A stretch of DNA of 64,000 nt. It comes from a virus. The notes beneath the pieces are model-generated. The model searched no databases, was not told the origin of the DNA, and was given only the letters and a program-made list of their open reading frames with translations. Shown here piece by piece: positions 9,701 to 18,899 of the stretch. The stretch's first letter is position 1, and each line of letters starts with the position of its first letter. The stretch lies in the IMG/VR virus record IMGVR_UViG_3300027754_000047, positions 65,473-129,472 of that record; one strand, written 5' to 3'. The position numbers and the translations under genes were made by a program.

Positions 9701-10227
9701 GTTTGGCTCCCTATCATTTCTATAAATCCATCCAAGGTGTCTACTACTACAGTACCTTCCCCTGAACTAGAAGTTCGCATTAAACGCATATAGCCGTTGG
9801 GTGGGGTTAAATGCGACCCTACATGCATAATCATATCTTCTGCTAGGACAGAGTTGTAGAAGAGCATGCCTGGAATGCTGCCTTTATGTTTATGGGCACA
9901 ATCATCCACTACTTGCGCAAACTCTTGCCAAAGCGGAATCTGCATTAGCTTTCCCGCAGTTTTAAATAAGTCGTGGATATTCCAGGTTTGAGGTCTATGG
10001 CTGTATAGTTTGAACGGGTGTAAGGCCTCTTGGAGGTCAGCTAACGGCGTACTACTCGCCGTTAGCTTTTTCTTCCAATAGGTGTACTCATCTGAGCCCG
10101 ACTCAAACAATCTGTTAATCAACTTGAGGCATACTTTGTTTTCGTAGGCCGCAAGTCTATTGTTTGCTTTGATCTCTTTAAACTGCTCAAAGTTATCAAA
10201 AGCGCTTGGCTCTTGCCGTTCTTTCAT
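9697..10227 (-). CDS. Hypothetical protein
   Basis: 176-aa ORF coupled to the stop of the RecA-like gene. Confidence 0.65.
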   Translation of the reverse strand: MKERQEPSAFDNFEQFKEIKANNRLAAYENKVCLKLINRLFESGSDEYTYWKKKLTASSTPLADLQEALHPFKLYSHRPQTWNIHDLFKTAGKLMQIPLWQEFAQVVDDCAHKHKGSIPGMLFYNSVLAEDMIMHVGSHLTPPNGYMRLMRTSSSGEGTVVVDTLDGFIEMIGSQT

Positions 10228-11462
10228 TACTGCCCTGCTGCTTCCTCGGTTGGAGTAACTGGGTACTTACTTAACTCGTAAATTGTTTTATCTACATCCA
10301 AGTTTGGGTATACTTTAATGCGATTAATACCAAGCGCATCGGAAATACGTTCCCGTAAGGCAACGTTTGACCGAATTGCCAAGCCTAACTCAGAATCCGT
10401 AACAGCTACCAGGCCCAGTTCTTTGCAGGAGTATTTGTTACTATTTACGGTAACAGTAATAATGTCCTTTAATCTGGCTCTGACTCCGTTAGGGCTATCG
10501 TCCGATAAGAGTAAAGCAGTGGCAGCATCCCAATCAAACCAGCATTCGCTGATCTGGCCGGTCTGCTCATCATTCTTCCAACGATAAGGAATCTCGCAGT
10601 TGCGCTTACTAGCGCCCATAGAGTTCTTATTGGTGGTGATCTTGAGGATCTTTTCTGTAAATCCTCGAGTAGCCTTGAACACTGGGGTGCTCTTGACAAC
10701 TGAGAACCACAGGTCTAAGACCGCATGGTAGTCTTGCCCCGTGCCGCCTGGCTTCTTCTTAGCCCCCTGAATAGGGCTCATAGGGTCGTCCGACAAATGG
10801 TTGATATAAACCAAGGTATATGGCTTCATATACAAATGTTTATTAATGTGCCGGAAGAACTCGTTATGACTCTTACACTTAATCATACCTCCGGTATTAC
10901 GGGGGTTGACTCCTCCTTCCTTTTCAATTCGAGCATCAGACTCTTTAGTATCAACGCCACCTAAGGAGTCGATAATAAACATGACAGGTACATCCTTCAT
11001 GCTTGGGTCTTCTGCCGCAAACTTAATGGAATCCAACAGTTGCTCTTGCCACTCTTCAGTAGTAAATGCAACGTACTCGATAGTCTTTCGAGTGTTATCC
11101 GGCCCCACTATTGCCCGGTATAAGGCTGGACTTTTCTTGTTTTCTGTATCCACGTAGATACAAATACCTCCAAGGTCCATATATATCTTAGCCAAGGTCA
11201 TAGCAAATGCAGACTTGCATGATTCTTTGGCCCCCGCTACGCCAATGATTCTACTCATTGGGTAGCAGGTTTGATCCGTAAGCCAGCGGTAGGCCAAGTG
11301 GTCAGTAGGAATACCCCACACTCGGTCTGCTAGATCGGACGCTAAACACACCTGCGACCCACCGCCCTTCATGGCGTGAGCCATGAGGGCCTGGATGCCG
11401 GCGTGGGTGCCTGTAAGGCTATCGGAATCTTTCTTCTTCTTTGCCATAGTGGTAGTCTTCAT
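10227..11462 (-). CDS. recA: RecA/UvsX-like recombinase
   Basis: Variant Walker A GAKESCKS, CIYVDTENK, Walker B FIIDSLG, YINHL, KPGGTG, TTNKNS. Confidence 0.85.
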   Translation of the reverse strand: MKTTTMAKKKKDSDSLTGTHAGIQALMAHAMKGGGSQVCLASDLADRVWGIPTDHLAYRWLTDQTCYPMSRIIGVAGAKESCKSAFAMTLAKIYMDLGGICIYVDTENKKSPALYRAIVGPDNTRKTIEYVAFTTEEWQEQLLDSIKFAAEDPSMKDVPVMFIIDSLGGVDTKESDARIEKEGGVNPRNTGGMIKCKSHNEFFRHINKHLYMKPYTLVYINHLSDDPMSPIQGAKKKPGGTGQDYHAVLDLWFSVVKSTPVFKATRGFTEKILKITTNKNSMGASKRNCEIPYRWKNDEQTGQISECWFDWDAATALLLSDDSPNGVRARLKDIITVTVNSNKYSCKELGLVAVTDSELGLAIRSNVALRERISDALGINRIKVYPNLDVDKTIYELSKYPVTPTEEAAGQ

Positions 11463-11465
11463 GGT

Positions 11466-12884
11466 TTACTGCTGTTGAATGTTATTAAGCTTGGCCATCA
11501 TAGTCTTCATTTGGTCTGACAAATTACCCTTTGGCATAGCTGGGGCAGTTGGTACTGCAGTAGGCATAGCTGGGGCAGTTGGCATTCTAGGCGCTGTTGG
11601 CATAGCTGTTGGCATTCTAGGCGCCGTAGGCATAGCTGGAGCTGTTGGCATTCTAGGCGCCGTAGGCATAGCTGGAGCTGCTGGCATTCTAGGTGCTGCT
11701 GCCATTCTAGGTGCTGCTGGCATAGCTGTCGGAGTAGGCATTTCTGGCACTACCACTTGAACTGAACCTGTATTGAGTACCCCTGAACCAATAAGGGCCC
11801 ATTCGTCTCCTGGAAAGAGCTCTTGGAGCCACTCGGTTTGGAGCTTTTCCGTATTAAGTAAGATGTACTCGCTGAAAGGCTTTGCAGTCTGTAAGACAGC
11901 ATCAGGTAAAGCGTAACCTTGCCCAAACTTATCCGCCACGTTACCTACATTGCAACAATACGTAGCAATGCCTGCAGCTCCAGTGGCGTAGGAACTAAAG
12001 GTTACCAGCTTTTGTTGAGTTGCAAAATCCGAATGTAAGAACCCTGCTTCCCATGCATTCAAACTAGCTGAATCTGAGGAGATATCTCCGTATTCCTGCA
12101 TGATGGCTTCACGACTAAAAGGCAAGCCGTCAGTACGCTCAAAGAAGGCGTCATAAAAACCTTCCTTTTGTCGAGCGTCTTCCCGACTCTTAATAGCAGA
12201 CACCTGATTGATCATAAGGATCTTGTGGCGAGGCCAACTTGGTTGCCCTTCCTCGTTAACCGTATAGTCAATTCCTGCGTTGCGCATAACGTAACCTTGC
12301 AAGAACAGGGTTCGGGTTGCTCTGCCGAATGGAGTATTTAAATCATTACCCTCAGCCGGTACAAGTTCTAACGCCCGCTTGTATTGCGGAGTAGTAGTAT
12401 CCACAATAATTGAAGGTAAAGATCTACGGGCCTGCTTGTTGTACTTGTGTCCGCCGCCTGTACGCCACAAGTACTCTCGCATCTTGTACATAGGGCTCTT
12501 GTAGCCTCGGCCCCATTCGCCTTCGGCTTGGATGATCATTCCATCTTCGCCTTCAATCATGTTAATAGCCAAGATGTCTCGACGGTTCTTTGGGTCAGGA
12601 TCATTGCCAATCTTGCGATAGACGTAGGCCCAGTCAAAGCCGTATTGCCCTAAGGTAGGAACCACGCCTCGCAGTTCATCTTCTCTAAAGAAGCCGCTGG
12701 TCATATTCTGCGATACCCCGTGCATAGGGTGAGGAGGCACCAGTATAAACTCACAAGGAGCCTTACTGGAAAGGTAGCCCATAGTAGGGGCAGTATCGTT
12801 AAAGATCTTTTGAAAGTCAGAGTTACGGCGTTCACCAGAAGTGGAGGACGAGTCGTACATAGCGCGGTTAAGGTCGAATGTCAT
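11466..12884 (-). CDS. Probable single-stranded DNA-binding / recombination accessory protein with Pro/Ala/Met/Thr repeat tail
   Basis: 472 aa, lies between the polymerase and recombinase genes, low-complexity C-terminus. Function inferred from position only. Confidence 0.45.
   Translation of the reverse strand: MTFDLNRAMYDSSSTSGERRNSDFQKIFNDTAPTMGYLSSKAPCEFILVPPHPMHGVSQNMTSGFFREDELRGVVPTLGQYGFDWAYVYRKIGNDPDPKNRRDILAINMIEGEDGMIIQAEGEWGRGYKSPMYKMREYLWRTGGGHKYNKQARRSLPSIIVDTTTPQYKRALELVPAEGNDLNTPFGRATRTLFLQGYVMRNAGIDYTVNEEGQPSWPRHKILMINQVSAIKSREDARQKEGFYDAFFERTDGLPFSREAIMQEYGDISSDSASLNAWEAGFLHSDFATQQKLVTFSSYATGAAGIATYCCNVGNVADKFGQGYALPDAVLQTAKPFSEYILLNTEKLQTEWLQELFPGDEWALIGSGVLNTGSVQVVVPEMPTPTAMPAAPRMAAAPRMPAAPAMPTAPRMPTAPAMPTAPRMPTAMPTAPRMPTAPAMPTAVPTAPAMPKGNLSDQMKTMMAKLNNIQQQ
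11533..11745 (-). repeat. Tandem ~18-bp coding repeats (MPTAPA / MPTAPR)
   Basis: Recurrent ggcatagctgg... and ggcattctaggcg... units, about ten copies. Confidence 0.9.
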
Positions 12885-12920
12885 TGAGTTTCCTTGGTAA
12901 GTGTTTTAGTAGGCATGCGT

Positions 12921-15764
12921 TTACTTCTTGTACTTAGTTAAATTAGGGTATTTAATTACGTCTGTTTCTGTTAAGGACTCGCCCCAACGAATACAAACTT
13001 CTGGATCGATGTCTAAGACCATATTATTATTAGGCACCTTGCAACGTTCGCACATAGCAAGTCTAACTGCTTCTAGGGTTTCGTCAACCTGGTTTACCGG
13101 GCAAGCTACAAGAATTTGATCGTGTACGCTCATCAGGATTCTGTATTGTAGGTGGGGCTTTTCGACCTCCCTAATCATATATAAGTTAAGTAGCGCTAAG
13201 GACATTAAATCGCCTACGGTACCTTGAATAGGTGCGTTCATTGCTTGACGTCTTTGATGAGCCAAGTTCTCTTTATCTGCGGTAGGCTCAAATCTACGTC
13301 TACGGCCAAATCCGTTCTCAACGTAGCGGCGCTCAGTAACATGTTGTTGCTGCTTTACCAACCACTCAGCCAAGTCTGGAAAAGTAGTCTTAAACGCTTG
13401 AACTGCAGCTTCTGCTTCTTCTTGCGTTACTTCTACTCCTTCCAAGGATACTGCAGATTTAATGGCCGTAGCACCTCTACCGTATGCAATACCGAATGTA
13501 ATGGTCTTTGCAATGGTGCGGAACTTCGACCAATTGTTTTCCTTAAGCCAATCCTTCTTGCCTTTAGTATAGTCTTCAGGTGGCGGACTTAGCTTAAACA
13601 TCTGCATAGCAACTTCCGAGTGAAAGTCTGAGCCCTTATCTAACAGCTTAGCCTGCATAGCCGTATCGCCGCTAAGCCAAGCCATAACAAACAGTTCTGC
13701 CTGAACCCAGTCGCAATCCACGATGCACCAATCTTCCGGCACTGTGAAACAGGAACGAATAGATGGAATTTTAGTGGTATCTTTAAACGCCTTACCTACC
13801 AGCTCTTCAGCCGTCTTAGGCAATTGCGCCATATTGGGGTTGCTATGCCCGTAGCGGCCAGTTTCAACAGTCTGCCTAATACGAGTATGTACTCGGCCGT
13901 CACTCCATATCTTTGGCTTAATTCCACCTTCTAATGTGTAGTTTGTACCATCTTCCGTAGGAGTAAACTCTCCAGTAAAAGTCTTTACAGTTTGGGAAAT
14001 AGCCGTATATAGCAGCATGGCATTAAGTAACGGACAATCTTTATGCTCTCCTAACAGCCCCAATAGCACAGATCTATCGGTGGATGGAGTGAGCGCTGCT
14101 TCCTTACCTTGCTCCATAGCCTTAGCCCAATCTGCGTCGTTAGTTGCCTTGATTGGAGTATAGGTGGCTAAGTTGGCTCCCTTAGGTGGTTGAGTTTTCT
14201 TAGTCCAACTAAACAAAGCAGCAGCCTTTTGCGCTGGAGAGTCTGGGTTAAACTCTGGCCAGTTAAGTATAGTGCAAAGCTGTTCGGATAGTTCTACCTT
14301 CTTTTCAGAGTACTTTTGGGAAAGCAATTCGAGGCGAGGCAAATCCACTAGCATGCCGTTCATTTCCAACTCTAAGATTGGCATAGTAGCCGGCATTACT
14401 ATAGCTTCAAACAGCTCCTTGATACGCTTATGTTCAGGCAAGTTCATCTCTGCCATTTGCAACAAAGCAATTCTAAATGTTGCATCTGCGTCCTTGGCGG
14501 AATAAGGCAACAAGATATCGTCAGGAATTCCGCCGTAGCTGAACTGCTCTACGTCGTACTTATTAGCCTTAATCCAATCGTTCAGTTCTAGTTCGTAACG
14601 TCCCAGGTCGGTATGTCTGGCTACGTATACTTCCAGGCCCTGCGCCCAATTCTCGTTTAACAAGTGGCCGGCTAATGCTGTGTCCCAGCCATTAAGAGTT
14701 GGACCGGCAACATTGACTCCGTTATGCACCAACCAAGGCAAGTCCGCTCTAATAAAGTGGCCAATAAGCTTGGTCTTTCCGTTCTCAATGAATGCCTTGA
14801 GTTTAGCCCAAGTCTCCTTAGCGTTTAAACCCAATTCGGTAAACTGCTTACCCGGGCGACTAAAGATTACAACTAAGGCTTCTCCTGGAGCCCAGCTCAA
14901 TTGCATGCAACGTAAGTACCCGTCAAGGTGATTGCCGTCGCCCCACTCGCAATCCAAAGCAAGCCAACCAGTATAGGTTGCTGTGATCTCTGCCAGCTTA
15001 ACGTCTAGTTGGGCTAGGTTATCGCAGTAAACATAATTAGTTGGCAGCACTTGCCCTGAGGCCTTACTACCCCCTAATTCATTTACCAGTCTAGTCATAT
15101 CGAGTGCAATAACTTCTCGCATCTCAGGCATATGTAGTATAGAACTGAAATCTGGGATAGCAGCAATGTTGACTCCGTAGTCATTGTCTGCTGCTGCAAC
15201 CGTTCTATTCTTGTACTGCTCGTAGGTAGCTTTAGAGCCAAATACCGCCTTTAGGGTTTTAGCCCCCAAAAGTATTACAAGATCTGGCTTAACTAACTCT
15301 AACTCCTTAAGGAAGTGTTCTTTAAACTCTGCCACTTCTTCCTTAGGAATTGCTGTCTTCTTACCATCGATGAAATACTTACAATAGGTGGTGTAGTAGA
15401 CGTCATTAACGTAGGCGTCAAAGCCGGTGCTTTCACATAGGGTTTTGAACTCATCAACCCACTGTCCTCGGAATAAGCTGCGTTCGTCGTGCTCAGACTT
15501 GTTGGGCCAGCAACCTACAATCATTATCTTGTGCGGAGTAGGGCCTAAGGCTCCATACCAGCGACCAGCATTGACTTGCCCGTTGCCAAGTGAAATACCG
15601 GGTAACGTTATAACGGTTTGTAAGGCTCCGGTTTCCCCTTTATTAATTAAGGTTAAGGGGGCCTCCAGTAACGTACGCTTAGCCCATTCTGGAGTGTAGT
15701 TGTATTGTTCTGCGTACAACTCGCATATAGTTTTTCTAATCTCTGCTACTGCTTTAGGTGCCAT
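12921..15764 (-). CDS. polA: Family A DNA polymerase with N-terminal uracil-DNA-glycosylase-like domain and 3'-5' exonuclease
   Basis: UDG-like IMIVGCWPN...ELELVKPDLVILLG; Exo I LALDCEW, Exo II GHFIRADL, Exo III YSAKDAD; ETGRYGHSNPNMAQLP; motif A DCDWVQAELFV, motif B RTIAKTITFGIAYG, NAPIQGT, motif C VHDQIL. Confidence 0.96.
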   Translation of the reverse strand: MAPKAVAEIRKTICELYAEQYNYTPEWAKRTLLEAPLTLINKGETGALQTVITLPGISLGNGQVNAGRWYGALGPTPHKIMIVGCWPNKSEHDERSLFRGQWVDEFKTLCESTGFDAYVNDVYYTTYCKYFIDGKKTAIPKEEVAEFKEHFLKELELVKPDLVILLGAKTLKAVFGSKATYEQYKNRTVAAADNDYGVNIAAIPDFSSILHMPEMREVIALDMTRLVNELGGSKASGQVLPTNYVYCDNLAQLDVKLAEITATYTGWLALDCEWGDGNHLDGYLRCMQLSWAPGEALVVIFSRPGKQFTELGLNAKETWAKLKAFIENGKTKLIGHFIRADLPWLVHNGVNVAGPTLNGWDTALAGHLLNENWAQGLEVYVARHTDLGRYELELNDWIKANKYDVEQFSYGGIPDDILLPYSAKDADATFRIALLQMAEMNLPEHKRIKELFEAIVMPATMPILELEMNGMLVDLPRLELLSQKYSEKKVELSEQLCTILNWPEFNPDSPAQKAAALFSWTKKTQPPKGANLATYTPIKATNDADWAKAMEQGKEAALTPSTDRSVLLGLLGEHKDCPLLNAMLLYTAISQTVKTFTGEFTPTEDGTNYTLEGGIKPKIWSDGRVHTRIRQTVETGRYGHSNPNMAQLPKTAEELVGKAFKDTTKIPSIRSCFTVPEDWCIVDCDWVQAELFVMAWLSGDTAMQAKLLDKGSDFHSEVAMQMFKLSPPPEDYTKGKKDWLKENNWSKFRTIAKTITFGIAYGRGATAIKSAVSLEGVEVTQEEAEAAVQAFKTTFPDLAEWLVKQQQHVTERRYVENGFGRRRRFEPTADKENLAHQRRQAMNAPIQGTVGDLMSLALLNLYMIREVEKPHLQYRILMSVHDQILVACPVNQVDETLEAVRLAMCERCKVPNNNMVLDIDPEVCIRWGESLTETDVIKYPNLTKYKK

Positions 15765-15775
15765 TGAAATTCCTT

Positions 15776-16882
15776 TTAAGTGTTAAATGGTTTATTCGCA
15801 TTAGTAATAAGTACCATAAGCTCGGTAGCTGTAAGGTTGGCGGCATCCTTCCCCACAGGTAAGTCTACCGTTAAACAACCCTTTGCTACTAAATTATTAA
15901 GGCGCTGAGCGCAGCTATATATTCGTTTATTTGCAGCAGCTTCGTGCTCTACTAGAAAGACTATTTGCCCTGCGGCAAAATGCTCTGCTAGTAGGGCTTC
16001 TTGCATAGGCTTAGGAAACATGCCGAAAGTACAAACTCCGGCAAAGCCGCAAGCCAAGGCGGATAATGCCCCTTCAGACACTATACAAAACTGCCCGTTA
16101 GTAAACTCTTTAGCTTGCTGTAGCCTGTATAGCGTACTGCCGAAGGAGTAACCCGGTGCATTCAAATACTTCTGAATGAGCGGCTTGCCTGTTTTAGGAT
16201 CGTTAGGTATTGGCCCCGAGTAACGAGCTTGCCAACCATCCCATACCCCTGCTTGAATATTAGGAATAATAAGTCTATTGGCGGGAGTTATAGTGTGGGC
16301 AACTCCATTAGAGTCTTTTATCATTTTATGCCAAGGACTGCTGGGGCAATAGTGAAATTGGTATTCGTTTGCTAATAGGTCTAGGTCGGTAAATCCCCGG
16401 CTAGTTAAATACTCTATTACTGGATGGTTACTGGCTAGCTTATTAACTGGAATTAATAATTCAAAATCACACGGATATTCCATTTTACGTTGAGGAGTTG
16501 CAACCAGGGCTGTAGGGTCTAATTGAAAAGACCGTTTACCTGTATCTGTTAGGTCTTGTATTAACGTGCCCCAATCGCAACCTTCGTTATGGCATTTAAT
16601 AGGGTAGAACTTTCTATCCGCCTGTTCGTTATGTACTCCCCACACATGGCTAATGTATAGGCGAAATCGCTTGTCGTTGCACTTTGGGCAACACGTTGAA
16701 TAGACTTCGCCCCACATATCCACGTTCATCTTTGGCCGTAAGCGTATGTGGCTGCGTTGTAGCGGGGTATCAAACCAATCTTTAATGGTGGTGTAGTGGG
16801 CAGGCTGTCCTGGATTAACAATATGAACCGTACCGAATGCTTGCAATAAGGCGCTATATAATTCAGGGTTTAATGGGTTCAT
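15776..16882 (-). CDS. DNA primase-like protein (Zn finger plus TOPRIM with atypical acidic motifs)
   Basis: CPKC...CHNEGC Zn ribbon, YLTSRG, RLIIP, WQAR, KYLN, IVSEG, GKDAAN; adjacent to the DnaB-like helicase. Confidence 0.8.
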   Translation of the reverse strand: MNPLNPELYSALLQAFGTVHIVNPGQPAHYTTIKDWFDTPLQRSHIRLRPKMNVDMWGEVYSTCCPKCNDKRFRLYISHVWGVHNEQADRKFYPIKCHNEGCDWGTLIQDLTDTGKRSFQLDPTALVATPQRKMEYPCDFELLIPVNKLASNHPVIEYLTSRGFTDLDLLANEYQFHYCPSSPWHKMIKDSNGVAHTITPANRLIIPNIQAGVWDGWQARYSGPIPNDPKTGKPLIQKYLNAPGYSFGSTLYRLQQAKEFTNGQFCIVSEGALSALACGFAGVCTFGMFPKPMQEALLAEHFAAGQIVFLVEHEAAANKRIYSCAQRLNNLVAKGCLTVDLPVGKDAANLTATELMVLITNANKPFNT

Positions 16883-18360
16883 CCAATATAGCCCATCGTA
16901 GCAGTTGAGTTAAACGCTTTAGCCTTAACCGGCTTATCGTCATCGTCATCTGTTGCTTTTTCGTACAGCATATTGTGAGTAGTAATACCTCCGTTACCGT
17001 CATCTATTACCTTGTCGGCAACGTACTTCCACTTAGAGTTAGCGCCATCCATTTGGATACACGCCTTTAAGTTAGGCTCACTACTACGTTGCTTAGGTAC
17101 ACAAGCAAATGCCAAATTATTACTTATGGTTCTGTTGCCTATGCAAATAACCGTGTCCATGTAGTGGTGTAAGGTTCTACAGTCTAGTGCGTCCGTAGAC
17201 AAAGGTAGATCTATAGGGCGTCTACTTGCACCTGCGGTACCGAGCTGATGGTAAATAAACAGGTTGATGCCTAGATTGCCGCCTAGGATTCTTAATTCAT
17301 TAGCGGCGTGCTGCATAACATGGTGCTTTTGCATGTTCTTACCGTGGCGACCTGAAGCCATATAATTATCTATGAAGGGGCCAAACCAGTCCAAACCCAC
17401 ATAGCGAGGGTTGTGGCCTTTGTCTTGCATCTTCTTAATAATGTTTTCTATGTCTTGCACTCCGCCGTTAGCCCCGCCGTTCTTCATTAACTCCAACATA
17501 TCCATCATGTGTAACTTGCCTTGCATGCGAGTTTTACGGTCGTTCCAAGTATCTCGCAGTTGCTTATCGTTCTTTAAGCGTTCGTTAAATTCTTCCGTGG
17601 TTACTCCTTGGAAGTAATTAACAGGCTTACCTAGTACGTAAGCATAAGCTCTACTCGTTAATCCCGGATGGACTGCTTGCTCGTAGGAAAGGATTAAAGC
17701 ATCTTCTCCTGCCAGAGCAGTTGCACAAGCTATCTGAATGTTGGATAAGGTTTTACCTCCACCAGACGGAGCTAGAAAGAGAGTAGTTTCTCCTCTAGTT
17801 GCGCCGCCGGTAATGGAGTCGATAAAGTCACAATTCCAGCGTATCTTCTTTTCGCTACTAATCATAGGCAAGGCACAAGCAAACGGATCTAAGGGTTCCG
17901 CCTTAATTACTTGACTGCGACTTATTGCTCCTCGAAAGTTTTCAAGTTCCGCAAAGATATCAGGCGAATCTAATAGCTTTTGTACGGCTGGTCTTAGTTT
18001 TCGATCTTCTAGAAAGTCCGCTAAGACGTCTTGAATATAGCTATCTAAACCCTCTACGTCTGATTTGGATTCACCGTAGACGTAGCCTACTAAGTCCACA
18101 AACTCAGCAAAATCCTGCTCGCTTAGTACCTTGTTGGGCACTAGATCAAAGGTAACAATATGCTGGATGTGTTCTAGTGGTACTGGGCTGCGGTGCGCCT
18201 CGTACCACTCTTTACCTATTTTAAAGATTACTTTAAGCGCAATCTCGTCAGCGGTAAAATCAGCTAGACCTATTCTACTTAGGGCGGTAGCTATTACAAT
18301 CTTGGATTTAAGGAACCCAAGACTGAGCCACTGCTGATATCCGTCTTTCAGTTTCATCAA
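16879..18360 (-). CDS. DnaB-like (SF4) replicative helicase
   Basis: GATRGETTLFLAPSGGGKT, ILSYEQ, VGLDW, YHQL, PKQR. Confidence 0.88.
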   Translation of the reverse strand: MMKLKDGYQQWLSLGFLKSKIVIATALSRIGLADFTADEIALKVIFKIGKEWYEAHRSPVPLEHIQHIVTFDLVPNKVLSEQDFAEFVDLVGYVYGESKSDVEGLDSYIQDVLADFLEDRKLRPAVQKLLDSPDIFAELENFRGAISRSQVIKAEPLDPFACALPMISSEKKIRWNCDFIDSITGGATRGETTLFLAPSGGGKTLSNIQIACATALAGEDALILSYEQAVHPGLTSRAYAYVLGKPVNYFQGVTTEEFNERLKNDKQLRDTWNDRKTRMQGKLHMMDMLELMKNGGANGGVQDIENIIKKMQDKGHNPRYVGLDWFGPFIDNYMASGRHGKNMQKHHVMQHAANELRILGGNLGINLFIYHQLGTAGASRRPIDLPLSTDALDCRTLHHYMDTVICIGNRTISNNLAFACVPKQRSSEPNLKACIQMDGANSKWKYVADKVIDDGNGGITTHNMLYEKATDDDDDKPVKAKAFNSTATMGYIG

Positions 18361-18899
18361 GCAGCTCCTTTGGGTAAAAGTTCCTTAAATTTATCTAAAT
18401 ATATAGGTTTTAGCAACAAGTCTTGCTTAGCAGATTCTACCACATGTGCAGGTAACCTATCTAACATAGCTAGCCTATGCGCAACGCAATACACAAACAC
18501 ACATGAAAACTCATTTTTAGAATCTAGTAAGTGCTCTATTACGTCTGCGTCAGGCAACCTGCTGGCTAAGCGATCAAACATGTTTTCCAATAAAATGGAT
18601 ATTCGATCGTACTCTAGGTCCGGCTTACCTGCAGCCACATAACTAAATATAAGTGGCTGCAGGTGATTGGGCGTTTGAGGTAGAGCTGGGTAGTAGTGAT
18701 TACAAGCCCAGTCTATAAACGAACGAGGATCTACTTGTAATTCGTTACAGCTTGCAGCTAACTTTGTGTAACTGGCGGCTTGCTTAACGCTGTATCTTAT
18801 GCTGCGGTATGCTTGAATACCAGCAGTGCTTCCTATCTTTTTGGCAAATAGCTCTTTTACATCATCTCCGCTTACAAGAGTAAATCCTGAATTTGCCAT
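18357..18899 (-). CDS. Hypothetical protein
   Basis: 180-aa ORF coupled to the helicase start. Confidence 0.6.
   Translation of the reverse strand: MANSGFTLVSGDDVKELFAKKIGSTAGIQAYRSIRYSVKQAASYTKLAASCNELQVDPRSFIDWACNHYYPALPQTPNHLQPLIFSYVAAGKPDLEYDRISILLENMFDRLASRLPDADVIEHLLDSKNEFSCVFVYCVAHRLAMLDRLPAHVVESAKQDLLLKPIYLDKFKELLPKGAA

Noticed and set aside
5702-11462. Complete phage-encoded ubiquitin-like conjugation operon around the E1-like gene
   Set aside because: No neighbouring ORF ends in GG or shows E2 or JAB (HxH...D) motifs.
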